This document shows, in pieces, positions 9,534-20,618 of a stretch of DNA of 64,000 nt. Within the stretch, counting starts at the first letter, position 1; every line of letters starts with the position of its first letter. Made by a program: the position numbers and the translations under genes. Origin of the DNA: Blastocystis sp. Blastoise. Taxonomy: Eukaryota > Protista > Bigyra: Opalinata. Below the pieces are notes generated by a model. That model was not told where the DNA came from and did not search any database. It saw only the letters and a program-made list of their open reading frames with translations. The stretch lies in the NCBI GenBank assembly GCA_039096225.1, contig JBBPEB010000009.1, positions 1,550,001-1,614,000 on the forward strand, in the 5' to 3' direction.

Positions 9534-9671
9534 TTCTAGAAGGTTCTAGAAGGTTCTAGAAGGTTCTAGAACATTTAAAAATATAAAGTAATATTTACTA
9601 TTATAGAATGTTCTAGAAGGTTCTTGAATGTTCTAGAAGGTTCTAGAAGCTTCTAAAACTGACTTCTAGAA
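9534..9671. promoter_or_regulatory. Two HSE-like arrays (8 and 10 units) upstream of the primase-helicase
   Basis: (TTCtaGAAgg)n at 9534-9571; GAAtgTTCtaGAAggTTCttGAAtgTTCtaGAAggTTCtaGAAgcTTC at 9606-9653. Confidence 0.78.
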
Positions 9672-9739
9672 TCTTTAATATATTATTTGTTTTAAATGTT
9701 GTATTATAATTATTTTCATTATTTATAAGTCAAATAATC

Positions 9740-12700
9740 ATGGAAAATTCACAAATTCATTTTGTTTATACTTTTGGTTCCTTTAATCATGATAATTCAA
9801 AAGATAATCATAGTGAAATTATTATACCAAATCCATTACCATTTTATAAAAGTCTATTTACTAATTACCAACATCAAAAAGAATTACTACATTATATTGA
9901 TTGTACTCCTTGTAATACATCAACTAATTATAGAAGATTATGGTTTGATTTAGATTATCACCAAATATCAAATGATTTTTCTTTTCTAACAGATTCTTTT
10001 ATTCATGAATTTATAGAAGAAATGTGTAATCATTGTATTCATTATTATAATCAAGAATTTATTTCGCTTGTGTATACAAAGAAAGAAGTGAATAAGAAGA
10101 CAGTTCATAATGAAATACATTATTCATGGGGAATTCATATATATACAAATTGGTTTGTAAATGGTGATTATTTATTTTTCTTATATAATAGTATGATTCT
10201 GAATACAAAATTGGTTGATTTATGTAAAATGAATAATTTAGATATAAAAGAATTCATTGATTATAATGTTATTGGTAAACCAAGAAAGAATAATGGTTGT
10301 ATGTTTCTTGGTTGTAGTAAAGATAATTCTCCATCTACTTATAAATTATACGAAGAATATACCAATAAATCATGGAAGAAAATAGATGATGAAATCGATG
10401 AACATTATTATTTCAAAACATTATTGAATTATAAGAATGAAGATGATATTATAAGTGATATTATTAATCCTATTATTTTTTCTAAATTAAAACAATATTC
10501 ACGTTATAAACGTTATTATGCAAGATTAAATAATTGTTCACGTACTATATTATGTTCTATACAAGATATTAAAGATATTCCTATGTTGATTTCTACAGAT
10601 ACTATATTGGATACTACAGCATCTAAAGAAGCTTTATTAGAACGATATTTATTATTGATTGGTTCTATTGAAGATATGAATTATTTTGAATCCCATAATA
10701 CTTGGTATAAATTATGTTGTGCAGCAAAACAGATTTGTAATACAACAAGAGGATTAGAATTATTTAAAAATTATTCATTACGTTATGGTCATGATCGAAG
10801 TGATGATGTAATTGAATCTACATGGAATCATATACAAGTTGATCCTACTCATTTATCGAATAATTATATTTTGAAGATATTAATGGATAATAAATTATTT
10901 AATAAAGATGATGATAATGATTTCATATTTATGTCTATTTTAGAATGTATTCAATCCTTTAATCTTGTAGATTCACAAACATTAGTTATGTTATTTCAAT
11001 TATTAGAATTTAATGAAATTGTTTCTATTATATTAGATAAAGATAATTTTATCTTATATACATTTGATGAATATAATATCTTAAGACGTTGTAAGAATAA
11101 TTATGATATTAATTTCTTTGAAACCAAAATAACTACATTTATGAAATCAATTGTAGAGAAATTCAAATTATCAAGATTATATTCTAAAGAGAATGAACAA
11201 CATCAAAAAATAGTTGATAAAATAATGTCTGCTTCTGTTACTAATGAATATCATTATAAAGAATGGTTGAATCGTTATTTGAAGACTTATGGTAAATCTT
11301 ATAAAGAATATTTAGATACTTATATGGTTCATAAAGAACGTGTTATCTATACACAACTTGGTTATTTATATCCAAAAGAATCAACAGAAGAAGATCCTAG
11401 ACAATATTATATCCAACCATATCATAAAGAAGATATGGTATTTGAAGATTTATTAATTGATACTGAATTTAATGTAAGTTGGAATATTAATAATGAACAG
11501 AAAGATATTATCCAATTATTTGAACAACATATTGCAAGATATTGTGAATTCGATAAGAAATATGAAAGTATTATGTTACGTATCTTAACCACTGCTTTCT
11601 ATGTCAATACTCAGAAAACTGTTTCTTATATATTATATGGTAGTACAGGTAGTAATGGTAAAACAATAACAACTGATTTAATTTCTCGTATTGTAGGTAG
11701 TAATCAATGTATTATAGTAAATCCAGATAATTTAGAAGAAACATCTATAGCTCCTAAGATTGTAGATATGTCTAATAAAACAATGTATTATATGAATGAA
11801 TTAATAGAAGAAGATGTTACTGGTAGAAAGAAAACATTTAATCCATTCTCTTCTAAAGTCTTTAAAGAAATAGCAGAAAAGAAAGAAGGTGCTAGTGCTC
11901 GTAAATTATTCAGTAATATATTTACAAAAGTTCATTTCACGGGTACTTTATTTATGACAAGTAATATCCAACCTACTGCTGTGAATGCTGGTCCTATTGA
12001 AAGAAGAGTTTGTTTCTTACCTTCATGTTGTCGTTATTTCCCTCCTGGTAATGCTAATTTATATGAAGATTATGTAGATCATAATTTACCTAAACGTAAA
12101 CAGACAGTAGAAAAGAGATTGAAACCAAATCATTATGAAATGGATTATACTTTATCCGATAAATTCTATCAGAATCGTTCAATTATCTTTAGTTATCTAG
12201 TAAGTAATTATTTCTATTCTAGTATGCAATTAGATATGCATGAATTAGATAATGAATATCATATAAGTGAATGTAAGAAACGATTCTTTGATCGTAGTAC
12301 AGAAGGATATGATTTGAAATCTTTTGTTGATAACCATATTACTATAGATCCTTATTATTTGAATGTAGTTACTATTGAAGATATTTTTAATAGTTATAAG
12401 AAAGTGAATAATAATAATCAATTTACGATTAAGAAAGATTTAGATAAATTTACAAATGCTTTATTTGGTTGTTTAAGTAGTAAAGATACATTCAATTCTA
12501 TAGATATTGTGAATATTCATAGAAAACATACTTCAAATTTCTATAAGGGAGGGAATGCTATTGGTATTTGTGGTTTAATGATTGATAATACTTATAATGA
12601 ATGTGTAGATACAGATTTATTCTGTTTATCCAATTGTTTATCTAAGAAAGAAGAAATTGTTTATAGTGAAGATCAATATCATAATACGTCATCAACAAAA

Positions 12701-12742
12701 CGAATTTTAATAGATAATACTTTATATGCTATACCAAATTAA
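9740..12742 (+). CDS. AEP primase(-polymerase)-PriCT2-D5-like SF3 helicase fusion
   Basis: AEP motifs LWFDLD, WGIHIY, FID; PriCT-2-like NTWYKLCCA..STWNHI; Walker A GSTGSNGKT, Walker B YYMNE, motif C FMTSN, Arg finger IERRV. Confidence 0.92.
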   Translation: MENSQIHFVYTFGSFNHDNSKDNHSEIIIPNPLPFYKSLFTNYQHQKELLHYIDCTPCNTSTNYRRLWFDLDYHQISNDFSFLTDSFIHEFIEEMCNHCIHYYNQEFISLVYTKKEVNKKTVHNEIHYSWGIHIYTNWFVNGDYLFFLYNSMILNTKLVDLCKMNNLDIKEFIDYNVIGKPRKNNGCMFLGCSKDNSPSTYKLYEEYTNKSWKKIDDEIDEHYYFKTLLNYKNEDDIISDIINPIIFSKLKQYSRYKRYYARLNNCSRTILCSIQDIKDIPMLISTDTILDTTASKEALLERYLLLIGSIEDMNYFESHNTWYKLCCAAKQICNTTRGLELFKNYSLRYGHDRSDDVIESTWNHIQVDPTHLSNNYILKILMDNKLFNKDDDNDFIFMSILECIQSFNLVDSQTLVMLFQLLEFNEIVSIILDKDNFILYTFDEYNILRRCKNNYDINFFETKITTFMKSIVEKFKLSRLYSKENEQHQKIVDKIMSASVTNEYHYKEWLNRYLKTYGKSYKEYLDTYMVHKERVIYTQLGYLYPKESTEEDPRQYYIQPYHKEDMVFEDLLIDTEFNVSWNINNEQKDIIQLFEQHIARYCEFDKKYESIMLRILTTAFYVNTQKTVSYILYGSTGSNGKTITTDLISRIVGSNQCIIVNPDNLEETSIAPKIVDMSNKTMYYMNELIEEDVTGRKKTFNPFSSKVFKEIAEKKEGASARKLFSNIFTKVHFTGTLFMTSNIQPTAVNAGPIERRVCFLPSCCRYFPPGNANLYEDYVDHNLPKRKQTVEKRLKPNHYEMDYTLSDKFYQNRSIIFSYLVSNYFYSSMQLDMHELDNEYHISECKKRFFDRSTEGYDLKSFVDNHITIDPYYLNVVTIEDIFNSYKKVNNNNQFTIKKDLDKFTNALFGCLSSKDTFNSIDIVNIHRKHTSNFYKGGNAIGICGLMIDNTYNECVDTDLFCLSNCLSKKEEIVYSEDQYHNTSSTKRILIDNTLYAIPN

Positions 12743-12786
12743 ATTTATATTTATTTTTTACTATAAAAAGTTGTTTTGTTTTAAAA

Positions 12787-14583
12787 TTAATAAAATTTAA
12801 ATTGTATTCCATGAAAATGTTTTTTAGGGACTTTGACTTTAAAGAATGCATTACTTTTATTTTTTTTACATAAACCATGACCCCGATGAATAGGTTCTAA
12901 AGGAGGCATAGTAGAAAGACTACGTAATGCATAAGTATCTGAATTATTCATAACTATAGGTGTAGAGTTTTCATCTTGAGTATTCTGTTGCATAAGAGAT
13001 GCTTGAGTATTCGTTAATTCTGAATCCGTTGTATTATTATGTAAATGATCAGGTAATAATTGTTTATTACGTATAAAACGATTATAACGATCTCTAGAAT
13101 TCTCTGGAACTTCTTCAGATTCTAATGAACATCCTACAGGTAATTCATTTTCTAAATCTGTTTTATCTGGATAATGATGCTTTAATAGATCTTTATAATA
13201 TCTTAATGTAATCATTATAGTATCATTATCTGATGAATATTGTTCTAGACTACTTAATATCGATTCTGATTTCATATTGAAATTCTCTTTACCAAATACA
13301 TCTTCATAGTCTTCTTCATATTGTTCTATACGATCATTAAATCGTTTACATAAAAATAATAATTTATTCAATTGATTAATTTCTCTTGTATAAGTAATAT
13401 TATTCATATCAATATGAAATGTTCTTGTTTTATTATCTAAATCTTGCAATTTAGTTGAATGAGAAGATAAATAAGGAGATATATAATTTTCCATATGTGT
13501 TGATTGACTATGTAACATCTTCATAATCGAATTTTCAAAGAGTTCTACACCTTTAGATTCGTGTTCTGAATCATTATGTTGGAATTGTGCTTCTCTTGAT
13601 AATCTATAATAATATTGAGCAAATAAATGTCTTATAATATCACAACCATTAATTAAAGAATTATTCTGTTGTGTTTTATAAATCCAGCCTAAATGGGGTT
13701 TTATATATTCATCACCAAATTTCAAATCACGTACTTTACCACCATTCTCAGTAACAAATAAATAATGTCTTGGAAATAAACGTAAGGATCTAGCTAAGAC
13801 ATTCAAATATTCTTCTGATAAATATTGATAAGTAGGATATTCATTCTTACCAATTTCAAATCGATTCTTTGTATCATTCACATGAATAGTCAAAGTATTT
13901 AAATCAATATAATTGGTTGTTCTTCTTAAGGATAAAGGAATTTGTTGACCACGAGTATAGATTACACAATCATTATAATCATTACGAGCACATAATGTAT
14001 CATAAGTTAAAACTAATAAATAACTATTCACATAATATAAATCATTAGGATTCTCTAAATAATTCTTTTTGGTGATATTAATGATTTCTCCCCAATCAGC
14101 TTCACAATTAATAATTTTCTGAGTGATTTCATAATGTCTTGAATAAGTAGCATCAATTTGTAAAGAACCCCATAAATGTTCCCATTTCTTTATATTTTGT
14201 GGAGTAAATGCTTTATAATTAATGATATCTTCATCATCTGTACAAATAGATATATTCTTCATTATATATGTAATCATTTGCATATAATTAGCTACTGTAG
14301 TATTGGATAATCCACCTTGTTGTCCAGGAGCTTCTGTTTGTGTATGTTGCATAACATTTTGAAATTGAAATGGATCTGTTAACACTTCTACACAAAAGAA
14401 TGGTTCTTCCATATCATCTATTTGAATTCGTTCTTCATTACGAAATTTCTTACATATTGTTTTGATCCATTTCTTCCAATTTATACTTGTTGATAATTGT
14501 ATTTTCTTCCAATGTAATAATTGATCTATACAATTTGTAAAGAATTCCTCACAATCTTTATCTGAATAACCTGTTGATTGCAT
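12787..14583 (-). CDS. Tyrosine recombinase 2 with long C-terminal extension
   Basis: LCARNDY (R), VNDTKN (K), DIIRHLFA (R), MLHSQSTHMENY (H, Y) are collinear with the YR1 motifs. Confidence 0.78.
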   Translation of the reverse strand: MQSTGYSDKDCEEFFTNCIDQLLHWKKIQLSTSINWKKWIKTICKKFRNEERIQIDDMEEPFFCVEVLTDPFQFQNVMQHTQTEAPGQQGGLSNTTVANYMQMITYIMKNISICTDDEDIINYKAFTPQNIKKWEHLWGSLQIDATYSRHYEITQKIINCEADWGEIINITKKNYLENPNDLYYVNSYLLVLTYDTLCARNDYNDCVIYTRGQQIPLSLRRTTNYIDLNTLTIHVNDTKNRFEIGKNEYPTYQYLSEEYLNVLARSLRLFPRHYLFVTENGGKVRDLKFGDEYIKPHLGWIYKTQQNNSLINGCDIIRHLFAQYYYRLSREAQFQHNDSEHESKGVELFENSIMKMLHSQSTHMENYISPYLSSHSTKLQDLDNKTRTFHIDMNNITYTREINQLNKLLFLCKRFNDRIEQYEEDYEDVFGKENFNMKSESILSSLEQYSSDNDTIMITLRYYKDLLKHHYPDKTDLENELPVGCSLESEEVPENSRDRYNRFIRNKQLLPDHLHNNTTDSELTNTQASLMQQNTQDENSTPIVMNNSDTYALRSLSTMPPLEPIHRGHGLCKKNKSNAFFKVKVPKKHFHGIQFKFY

Positions 14584-14650
14584 TATTAAAAATTAAATTA
14601 TTTATAAACAAAACAAATTTATTATTAATATTTTATAACATTTCATAGAA

Positions 14651-15073
14651 TTATAAATGAAGAGATTGAACAATAGAATCAACACTTATATTTAATTTCA
14701 TTAATTGAACAGCTAATTCTTGTATTGATTCATTTTGATTAGAATCAATTTCTTCTAATTCATTCAAGACTTCTGATATATGTTTGACTTCTTCTTCTAT
14801 AATCGTTTGTTGTATTTTCATTGTCTTATAATAGACTTTCTTTGTTTGTGGATTACAACAATTACAATGAATATCTATATTTTTAACAATTAATTGAAAG
14901 AATTCAGTTGATTTCTCAAATAAACATTTTATAGCTTTTATAATAAATTCTAATAAAGTATTTTTCTTTTCTATTTCTTCTTCGGATAATGTGGTTGTTG
15001 TTGAACTATCTGAACTTGTTGAACTTGTACTTGATAAAGAATGTAAGGATTCAGATACAGATTTAGGCTCCAT
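14651..15073 (-). CDS. Viral hypothetical protein (Ser/Thr-rich N-terminus, HCNCC cluster, coiled coil)
   Basis: 140-aa ATG ORF flanked by viral intergenic motifs. Confidence 0.7.
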   Translation of the reverse strand: MEPKSVSESLHSLSSTSSTSSDSSTTTTLSEEEIEKKNTLLEFIIKAIKCLFEKSTEFFQLIVKNIDIHCNCCNPQTKKVYYKTMKIQQTIIEEEVKHISEVLNELEEIDSNQNESIQELAVQLMKLNISVDSIVQSLHL

Positions 15074-15142
15074 TTTTTAATAATTTTTAAATGAATAATA
15101 TAACAAAACATTTTTTAATTTAAATGAAATGACTTAAAATAT

Positions 15143-17578
15143 TTATATATAAGAGATAGTTAATAAAACAACACAAGGATAATTACATGTTATAAAGAAC
15201 ATATTATCATGAGGTAATAACTTTAATAATTTACGATTACAATAATAAACATTCTTATTAATCTTATTCGATATACCTTCATATTTAATACCATTAGAAT
15301 AGTAATAAGGTAGATTTGTAGTATCAATAACATGAATATTATTCTCATATTCATTAGTAAAACATCTTAATGAAATAGGATATAAGTAATCAGTGGATTG
15401 ACCATACACTGATATAATTTGTATATTTGTTAAATATTGATATCCATAGACATTGGTTTTCTTCAATTCATAAATTAAATTCTTACTCGTACTAAAATCA
15501 CAATATACTTCATCATAAGCTTTGAAACGTATATCACTACCATTAGGTTCACATATATTACAAATGATATTTCCTTTGAATAATTCATCAAATCTTAAAT
15601 CTATATTATGATCAATTGTGATTGGAGAATTTATATTACTATAAGTAACATATTTATCAGATAAAGGAAAACTAAATGTAGGATAATATGATCCATTTAT
15701 ATATCCAGTACATAATTTAGATGCATTTGCTTGGATTGTATCTGTATCATTTTGAATAATAATATCTTTTAAGATCTTATTTTGGATATTCAATGTAGGA
15801 TATTCAGCATAGAATTGTGTGTCTGCTGTTTGACAATTCAAACATAATTTCTTAATAGTTTCACTTGGTTGAATCGTATCGACTGTATCTGAGAATTCTA
15901 AGAATCCTCTTAAAATACAATTATTATTAAAATTCACATATTGTTTATTTTTATCAGTATATCGTATAATAATATCTTGTATTGTATTCAAATAAGGAGA
16001 CACATTAATATTCATAATATCATGAAATTCATTATTGCCTTTATAATTATTCACATTGAATGAATATAAAGAATTCTGACTATTATCTACTATATTCGAT
16101 TGAGCTATTAACATTCCTTTTGGACGACTACTATCAATATTATGAATACCATAATTAATAATTTCATCATGACCTAATTTATTATAACCTAAGATTTCAC
16201 CTAATTCTTGAGCTTGAGAGAAATCTATATGATAACTATCAGTATAACACTTATAATTACCATCTAAATCAAGTGTATTCAAATCAGCTATTTTGTCTGG
16301 TATTAATTGTTTACCATAAGATACATACCAAGCAAAACATCCTTGTTCATCATAAACTAAATCAGGACGTATATTATGTAGAGCACCACGATACTTAAAT
16401 AAGGAGTGCTCTATATCTGTAGCTGTAAATGTGAATGACGTAGAATCAGTACCTTTACAAGATAAATATATTATATATCCATCCTTATTGTCCATAGTCT
16501 GAGTATCTTTGGATATACTTAAATAATCCGTATAAATTGTATTATTGATTGAACTTTCTAATAATTCATAGAATTTGTTTTCTGTGTAATTTCCAGGAGG
16601 AACAGTGAATGTAGTTTCATGAACACCATCATAACCACTCAATTGTCGAACAATCATTGTATTATATCCATCTTCCACAAAGACTGTTCTTTTAATTCTA
16701 TTTAATGTAATTTCCTCTTGAAGTGAAGTATATGTCAATGTTTCTGAATCTTCAAATAAGCCAGTGAATAATTGTTTTTCTAAACTGAGTATATTATTAC
16801 TTGACAATTGGAAATAAAATTTATGTTCATCAGCTAATACACATTTCATAATTCCATTAGAACCTTGTGTTGGAACAATATAACTTGAATGATCACTCAC
16901 ACCATCAGTAAAGAATTCATTCAATTCATAGATTCCTGTTGATGTAACAGGAACATTATAAGAAGTTAATTGAGGTCGATATATGGTTATAGTATCATCA
17001 TCATATCTCATCATTAAACGATTAAATTTATCACCCCATTTAGCTGATACACAACATACAGCTATCCACCAAAACTCTATATCCGTATAAGTACCTTTTG
17101 GAAAGTAAAAACCACGTCTTTTATTATAAATTGTAATTTCACAATACCAATCATCTCTATCAATGGTTATTGTTGGGGCTTCATTAATTTTGACAGTGTG
17201 ATCAATATCAGGAGAATCTTTTATTACTGGTCTATCACATACATCAAAATGACATAGTTCTAATAATTGTGGAATTGAATAATTTTTCTGATCTAAAGTG
17301 ATTGTATATACGGAACTATTACCATTGACACGAGTATTTATATATTTGAATATTTGTGTTTTTGTGAAAGTATCAAATAGAGGCACACTTTCACTACCAA
17401 TTAAATTAAGATCAATATAAGAAATGATATTTTTAGTGATATCAATAGAATTCGATAAATGTATATTGAATTGATTATCAATACAACGAACATCAATAGG
17501 GACTACATGTGTTTTAATACGAGTATCCTTCTCTTCTAATGAAGTCTGTTCTTCTTGATTATCTTCATCAAGTTCCAT
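15143..17578 (-). CDS. Large penton-type minor capsid protein with repeated insertion domains
   Basis: Penton motifs TITLDQKNYS, FPKGTYT, VPPGNYT, LGEILGY, LIAQSNIV, IIIRYTDKNKQYVNFNN; extra C-terminal ~250 aa. Confidence 0.7.
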   Translation of the reverse strand: MELDEDNQEEQTSLEEKDTRIKTHVVPIDVRCIDNQFNIHLSNSIDITKNIISYIDLNLIGSESVPLFDTFTKTQIFKYINTRVNGNSSVYTITLDQKNYSIPQLLELCHFDVCDRPVIKDSPDIDHTVKINEAPTITIDRDDWYCEITIYNKRRGFYFPKGTYTDIEFWWIAVCCVSAKWGDKFNRLMMRYDDDTITIYRPQLTSYNVPVTSTGIYELNEFFTDGVSDHSSYIVPTQGSNGIMKCVLADEHKFYFQLSSNNILSLEKQLFTGLFEDSETLTYTSLQEEITLNRIKRTVFVEDGYNTMIVRQLSGYDGVHETTFTVPPGNYTENKFYELLESSINNTIYTDYLSISKDTQTMDNKDGYIIYLSCKGTDSTSFTFTATDIEHSLFKYRGALHNIRPDLVYDEQGCFAWYVSYGKQLIPDKIADLNTLDLDGNYKCYTDSYHIDFSQAQELGEILGYNKLGHDEIINYGIHNIDSSRPKGMLIAQSNIVDNSQNSLYSFNVNNYKGNNEFHDIMNINVSPYLNTIQDIIIRYTDKNKQYVNFNNNCILRGFLEFSDTVDTIQPSETIKKLCLNCQTADTQFYAEYPTLNIQNKILKDIIIQNDTDTIQANASKLCTGYINGSYYPTFSFPLSDKYVTYSNINSPITIDHNIDLRFDELFKGNIICNICEPNGSDIRFKAYDEVYCDFSTSKNLIYELKKTNVYGYQYLTNIQIISVYGQSTDYLYPISLRCFTNEYENNIHVIDTTNLPYYYSNGIKYEGISNKINKNVYYCNRKLLKLLPHDNMFFITCNYPCVVLLTISYI

Positions 17579-17649
17579 ATTTTCTAATTTATAAAATAAT
17601 AATTTATATTAATTTTATTTTATTTATTAATATTTTTTTATTAAAAAAA

Positions 17650-19122
17650 ATGAGAATCTTAAGAATTAAAGATAATATTCCTATTCAAAGTGATACTGAT
17701 ATTCTATCAAGTCCTTATATCTTTCAATATCATTGGACTAATGTGGATAACACTTATATCAATTTCAATCAATCCTATTTGGATCTTACTGTCAAGGCAA
17801 CTGTCACAGATAAAGCTGGACCAGTTTCTGTTTATTTAGATGAAACAGGTACTTCTGTTAGTTTCACCTATGATCAATTATGTCAATATTTCTTGGATCA
17901 ATTAGTTCAAAAAGCTAATATTTATTCTATTATTGATTCCACTGATGTTGAAATGGTTTATACTTTACCTGATGGATCTGATCGTGCTTTGAAATATGAA
18001 GAAAACTGTACACATGCTTCACGTGGTCGTAAAATGATTTTATTAAAAGATATCAGTAAGAATGATTTAGAAAAATCTATGTATGGTGAAGATTTATCTG
18101 CAGATACTTATGAATTGAATTCTATTCGTTATATACGTGCACATCCAAATGAATCTATTCATATTGCTATTCCTTTATATCTCATTAGTGGTTTAGGTGT
18201 TGATGGAGATTCTTTAATATTAACTAAACATTTCAATATGCTATTTAGAACGAGTACAATTGAATCCTTAATTGATAATAATATGAGTATTTATTTCAAG
18301 AATGGTGGTGCTAAATTATCAACACAATGGTTACATCTAACTGATGAAAAATGGTTTAAGACATTTGAATTGGAATCAGCTACTATGAATTTAATGACTT
18401 ATAAAGATATTCAATTCCAAACGAATGAATTATATAAAACTATACCTACATGTATTCAAGTCGATTATCAAAATACAAGAATAACTAGTGATCATTTCAA
18501 TATCAATAGAGCTTTACCATTTATACCTGAATATATATTATACTGGTTTACAAATGGGTATAGTTCAACAACTATTAGTAATGTAGCTAGTCCATCTGTA
18601 TGGCCTAAATATCAAAGTTGTTTGATTGGTGATGTTCAAATGTTCCCTCAAACTGAATTCCCTACTCAAATGTATTATCATAATCTTACTACTAAAGGTC
18701 ATGTCTTCAATAATGAAGAAACTGCTAGTTTATCTTGTCCTAATAAAAATCTATATTGTTTATGGGCTGATAATTCAAATCCTGAAACTATTCTTAAATA
18801 TGATGAATGGATTAAACATCCTATTTATATTATTCCAACTAAAGCATTAATGAATATCCAATCAGATAGTGGTATAGAAATGAATTTTGATTGTAATCTA
18901 GATGTCCATGATATTGAATATGGTCATGCTGATTCATCTACTGTTCCTGATGGATATACATGTACATATAATGAAACTACTAAAATATGGACACCTGACA
19001 CTGGTGCTTCTTATGCCGTTGCTTCTCATGCTGGTATTTATAAACATATTAATACTGAACTAAATGAGAAGCATCCTTATACATTACATATGATTGCTGT
19101 ACGTAGTGTACGTGATATTTAA
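17650..19122 (+). CDS. Major capsid protein paralog A (double jelly-roll, inferred)
   Basis: ATG at 17650; YINFNQSYLDLTV and IAIPLYLISGL motifs typical of Polinton/PLV MCPs; collinear with 19299..20522. Confidence 0.75.
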   Translation: MRILRIKDNIPIQSDTDILSSPYIFQYHWTNVDNTYINFNQSYLDLTVKATVTDKAGPVSVYLDETGTSVSFTYDQLCQYFLDQLVQKANIYSIIDSTDVEMVYTLPDGSDRALKYEENCTHASRGRKMILLKDISKNDLEKSMYGEDLSADTYELNSIRYIRAHPNESIHIAIPLYLISGLGVDGDSLILTKHFNMLFRTSTIESLIDNNMSIYFKNGGAKLSTQWLHLTDEKWFKTFELESATMNLMTYKDIQFQTNELYKTIPTCIQVDYQNTRITSDHFNINRALPFIPEYILYWFTNGYSSTTISNVASPSVWPKYQSCLIGDVQMFPQTEFPTQMYYHNLTTKGHVFNNEETASLSCPNKNLYCLWADNSNPETILKYDEWIKHPIYIIPTKALMNIQSDSGIEMNFDCNLDVHDIEYGHADSSTVPDGYTCTYNETTKIWTPDTGASYAVASHAGIYKHINTELNEKHPYTLHMIAVRSVRDI

Positions 19123-19298
19123 ATTTAATATTTCTTACTTACTATTCTTAACGTTAACTTGTTTAATTAATTCTATTCTATTCTATATTCCAATCATTTG
19201 TTTTGTTATAAAAATTTAAATTAATTAATAATTATAAAATATTATTATTATTTTATTTTTATTTTTGTTAAAAAAATACATAAACAATAATTATTAAC

Positions 19299-20522
19299 AT
19301 GGAAGGATTCCCAAGACAATTCTTACCTTCAAAGGCAAATCAAACTATTAAACCTGTACAAATTCCTATTCTAGTTTCTACTAGTCAAGATTTATTAAAT
19401 CAACCTTATCCATTTGAATTCTTATATAATTCAGTTGATAGTCCTTTTATTGATTTCAGTAATTCATTCTTAGAACTGAATTTCAATATTACAACAAATG
19501 CAGCTACAACTAGTTCTGTTGTACAACATTCTAATATCTATAGTATTATTGATAAAATTACTACAGATCTTACGTTTGTATCTCCTACGGGTCAAGATAT
19601 TCTTATTAATTATTCTGAATCTTCTATTGAATCCAGTAAAGCAAGAAAATTTGTTACTATTAAAGAATTAAGTAAAGATGAAATTGATAAATCTATGTAT
19701 AGTATGACTGAATGCTTATATAATACAACATTAAGTAGTATTGCTGGAATGCAAAGTTCTACTAAAGCTCAAGTTATTATTCCTTTATCTCTTATTACTG
19801 GTCTTGGTACATTTGATTGTGCTATTAAAGTAAAATCTTTGAAGATGCAATTCGTTACAAATTATTTAAAGAATCTATTTACAGGTACGACTAAAATCAC
19901 TGCATTAACATTTGATCGTGTTTATATTCATCTTCAACAAATCTATGATATTAATTTTGGTAATGATCCACGTGCTTTGATTAAATGTATTCCTAATAAT
20001 TGTCAAATATCTGCATTTACTACACCTGTTTATTCAGAAACATTCTCAACAGCAGGTAAACCAACTCCACAACAATTCTTATCCAATAGAAGTGTTGTTT
20101 TCGTACCTGATTACTGTATGCTATATTTTACAACTCAAGAGAAGAGTATGATTCCTATTAAGACTGAATTATTGAAGATGTGTCAATTCCAAATTGGTGG
20201 TCAAAATATCTTACCTAAGACGGATTTCCCTACTACGTATAAAACAACGAATCCATCACAAATTATTCCTAATGCTATGCTTTATAATACTTGGAGATGT
20301 AATAGTCATCCTCAATCTCCTTTAAATGGTGAAAAGTGGTATGAACAACCTATTTATATATTCCCTATTTCAAGTGTTGTTGATGTCAATACTCGTAGTG
20401 GTTGTGAAGTTAATATCTCCTTATTAACTGAATATAATGGTGCAAATATTACTAGTGGTACTTATACTTTATATGCTCATTTTATATTTGTTAAATTTGT
20501 TAGAGATGGTGCAACCAATTAA
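19299..20522 (+). CDS. Major capsid protein paralog B (double jelly-roll, inferred)
   Basis: FIDFSNSFLELNF, VIIPLSLITGL, QFQIGGQNILP; size and position next to the penton and ATPase genes. Confidence 0.8.
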   Translation: MEGFPRQFLPSKANQTIKPVQIPILVSTSQDLLNQPYPFEFLYNSVDSPFIDFSNSFLELNFNITTNAATTSSVVQHSNIYSIIDKITTDLTFVSPTGQDILINYSESSIESSKARKFVTIKELSKDEIDKSMYSMTECLYNTTLSSIAGMQSSTKAQVIIPLSLITGLGTFDCAIKVKSLKMQFVTNYLKNLFTGTTKITALTFDRVYIHLQQIYDINFGNDPRALIKCIPNNCQISAFTTPVYSETFSTAGKPTPQQFLSNRSVVFVPDYCMLYFTTQEKSMIPIKTELLKMCQFQIGGQNILPKTDFPTTYKTTNPSQIIPNAMLYNTWRCNSHPQSPLNGEKWYEQPIYIFPISSVVDVNTRSGCEVNISLLTEYNGANITSGTYTLYAHFIFVKFVRDGATN

Positions 20523-20618
20523 TTTAATTATATAATATTTTCTTATTTGTATCAACTTTATATTAATCTTAAAAATATTGTTTTGTTTATCAATACATAA
20601 TTAATTTATTTAATAAAA

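Noticed and set aside
9534-9671. TTCTAGAA arrays as CRISPR or simple satellite
   Set aside because: No spacers or cas genes, eukaryotic context; the variation pattern and promoter position fit nGAAn elements.
17539-17649. N-terminal 37 aa of the 527-aa ORF
   Set aside because: Overlaps the divergent gene start and AT-rich promoter; alignment to the paralog supports ATG 17650.
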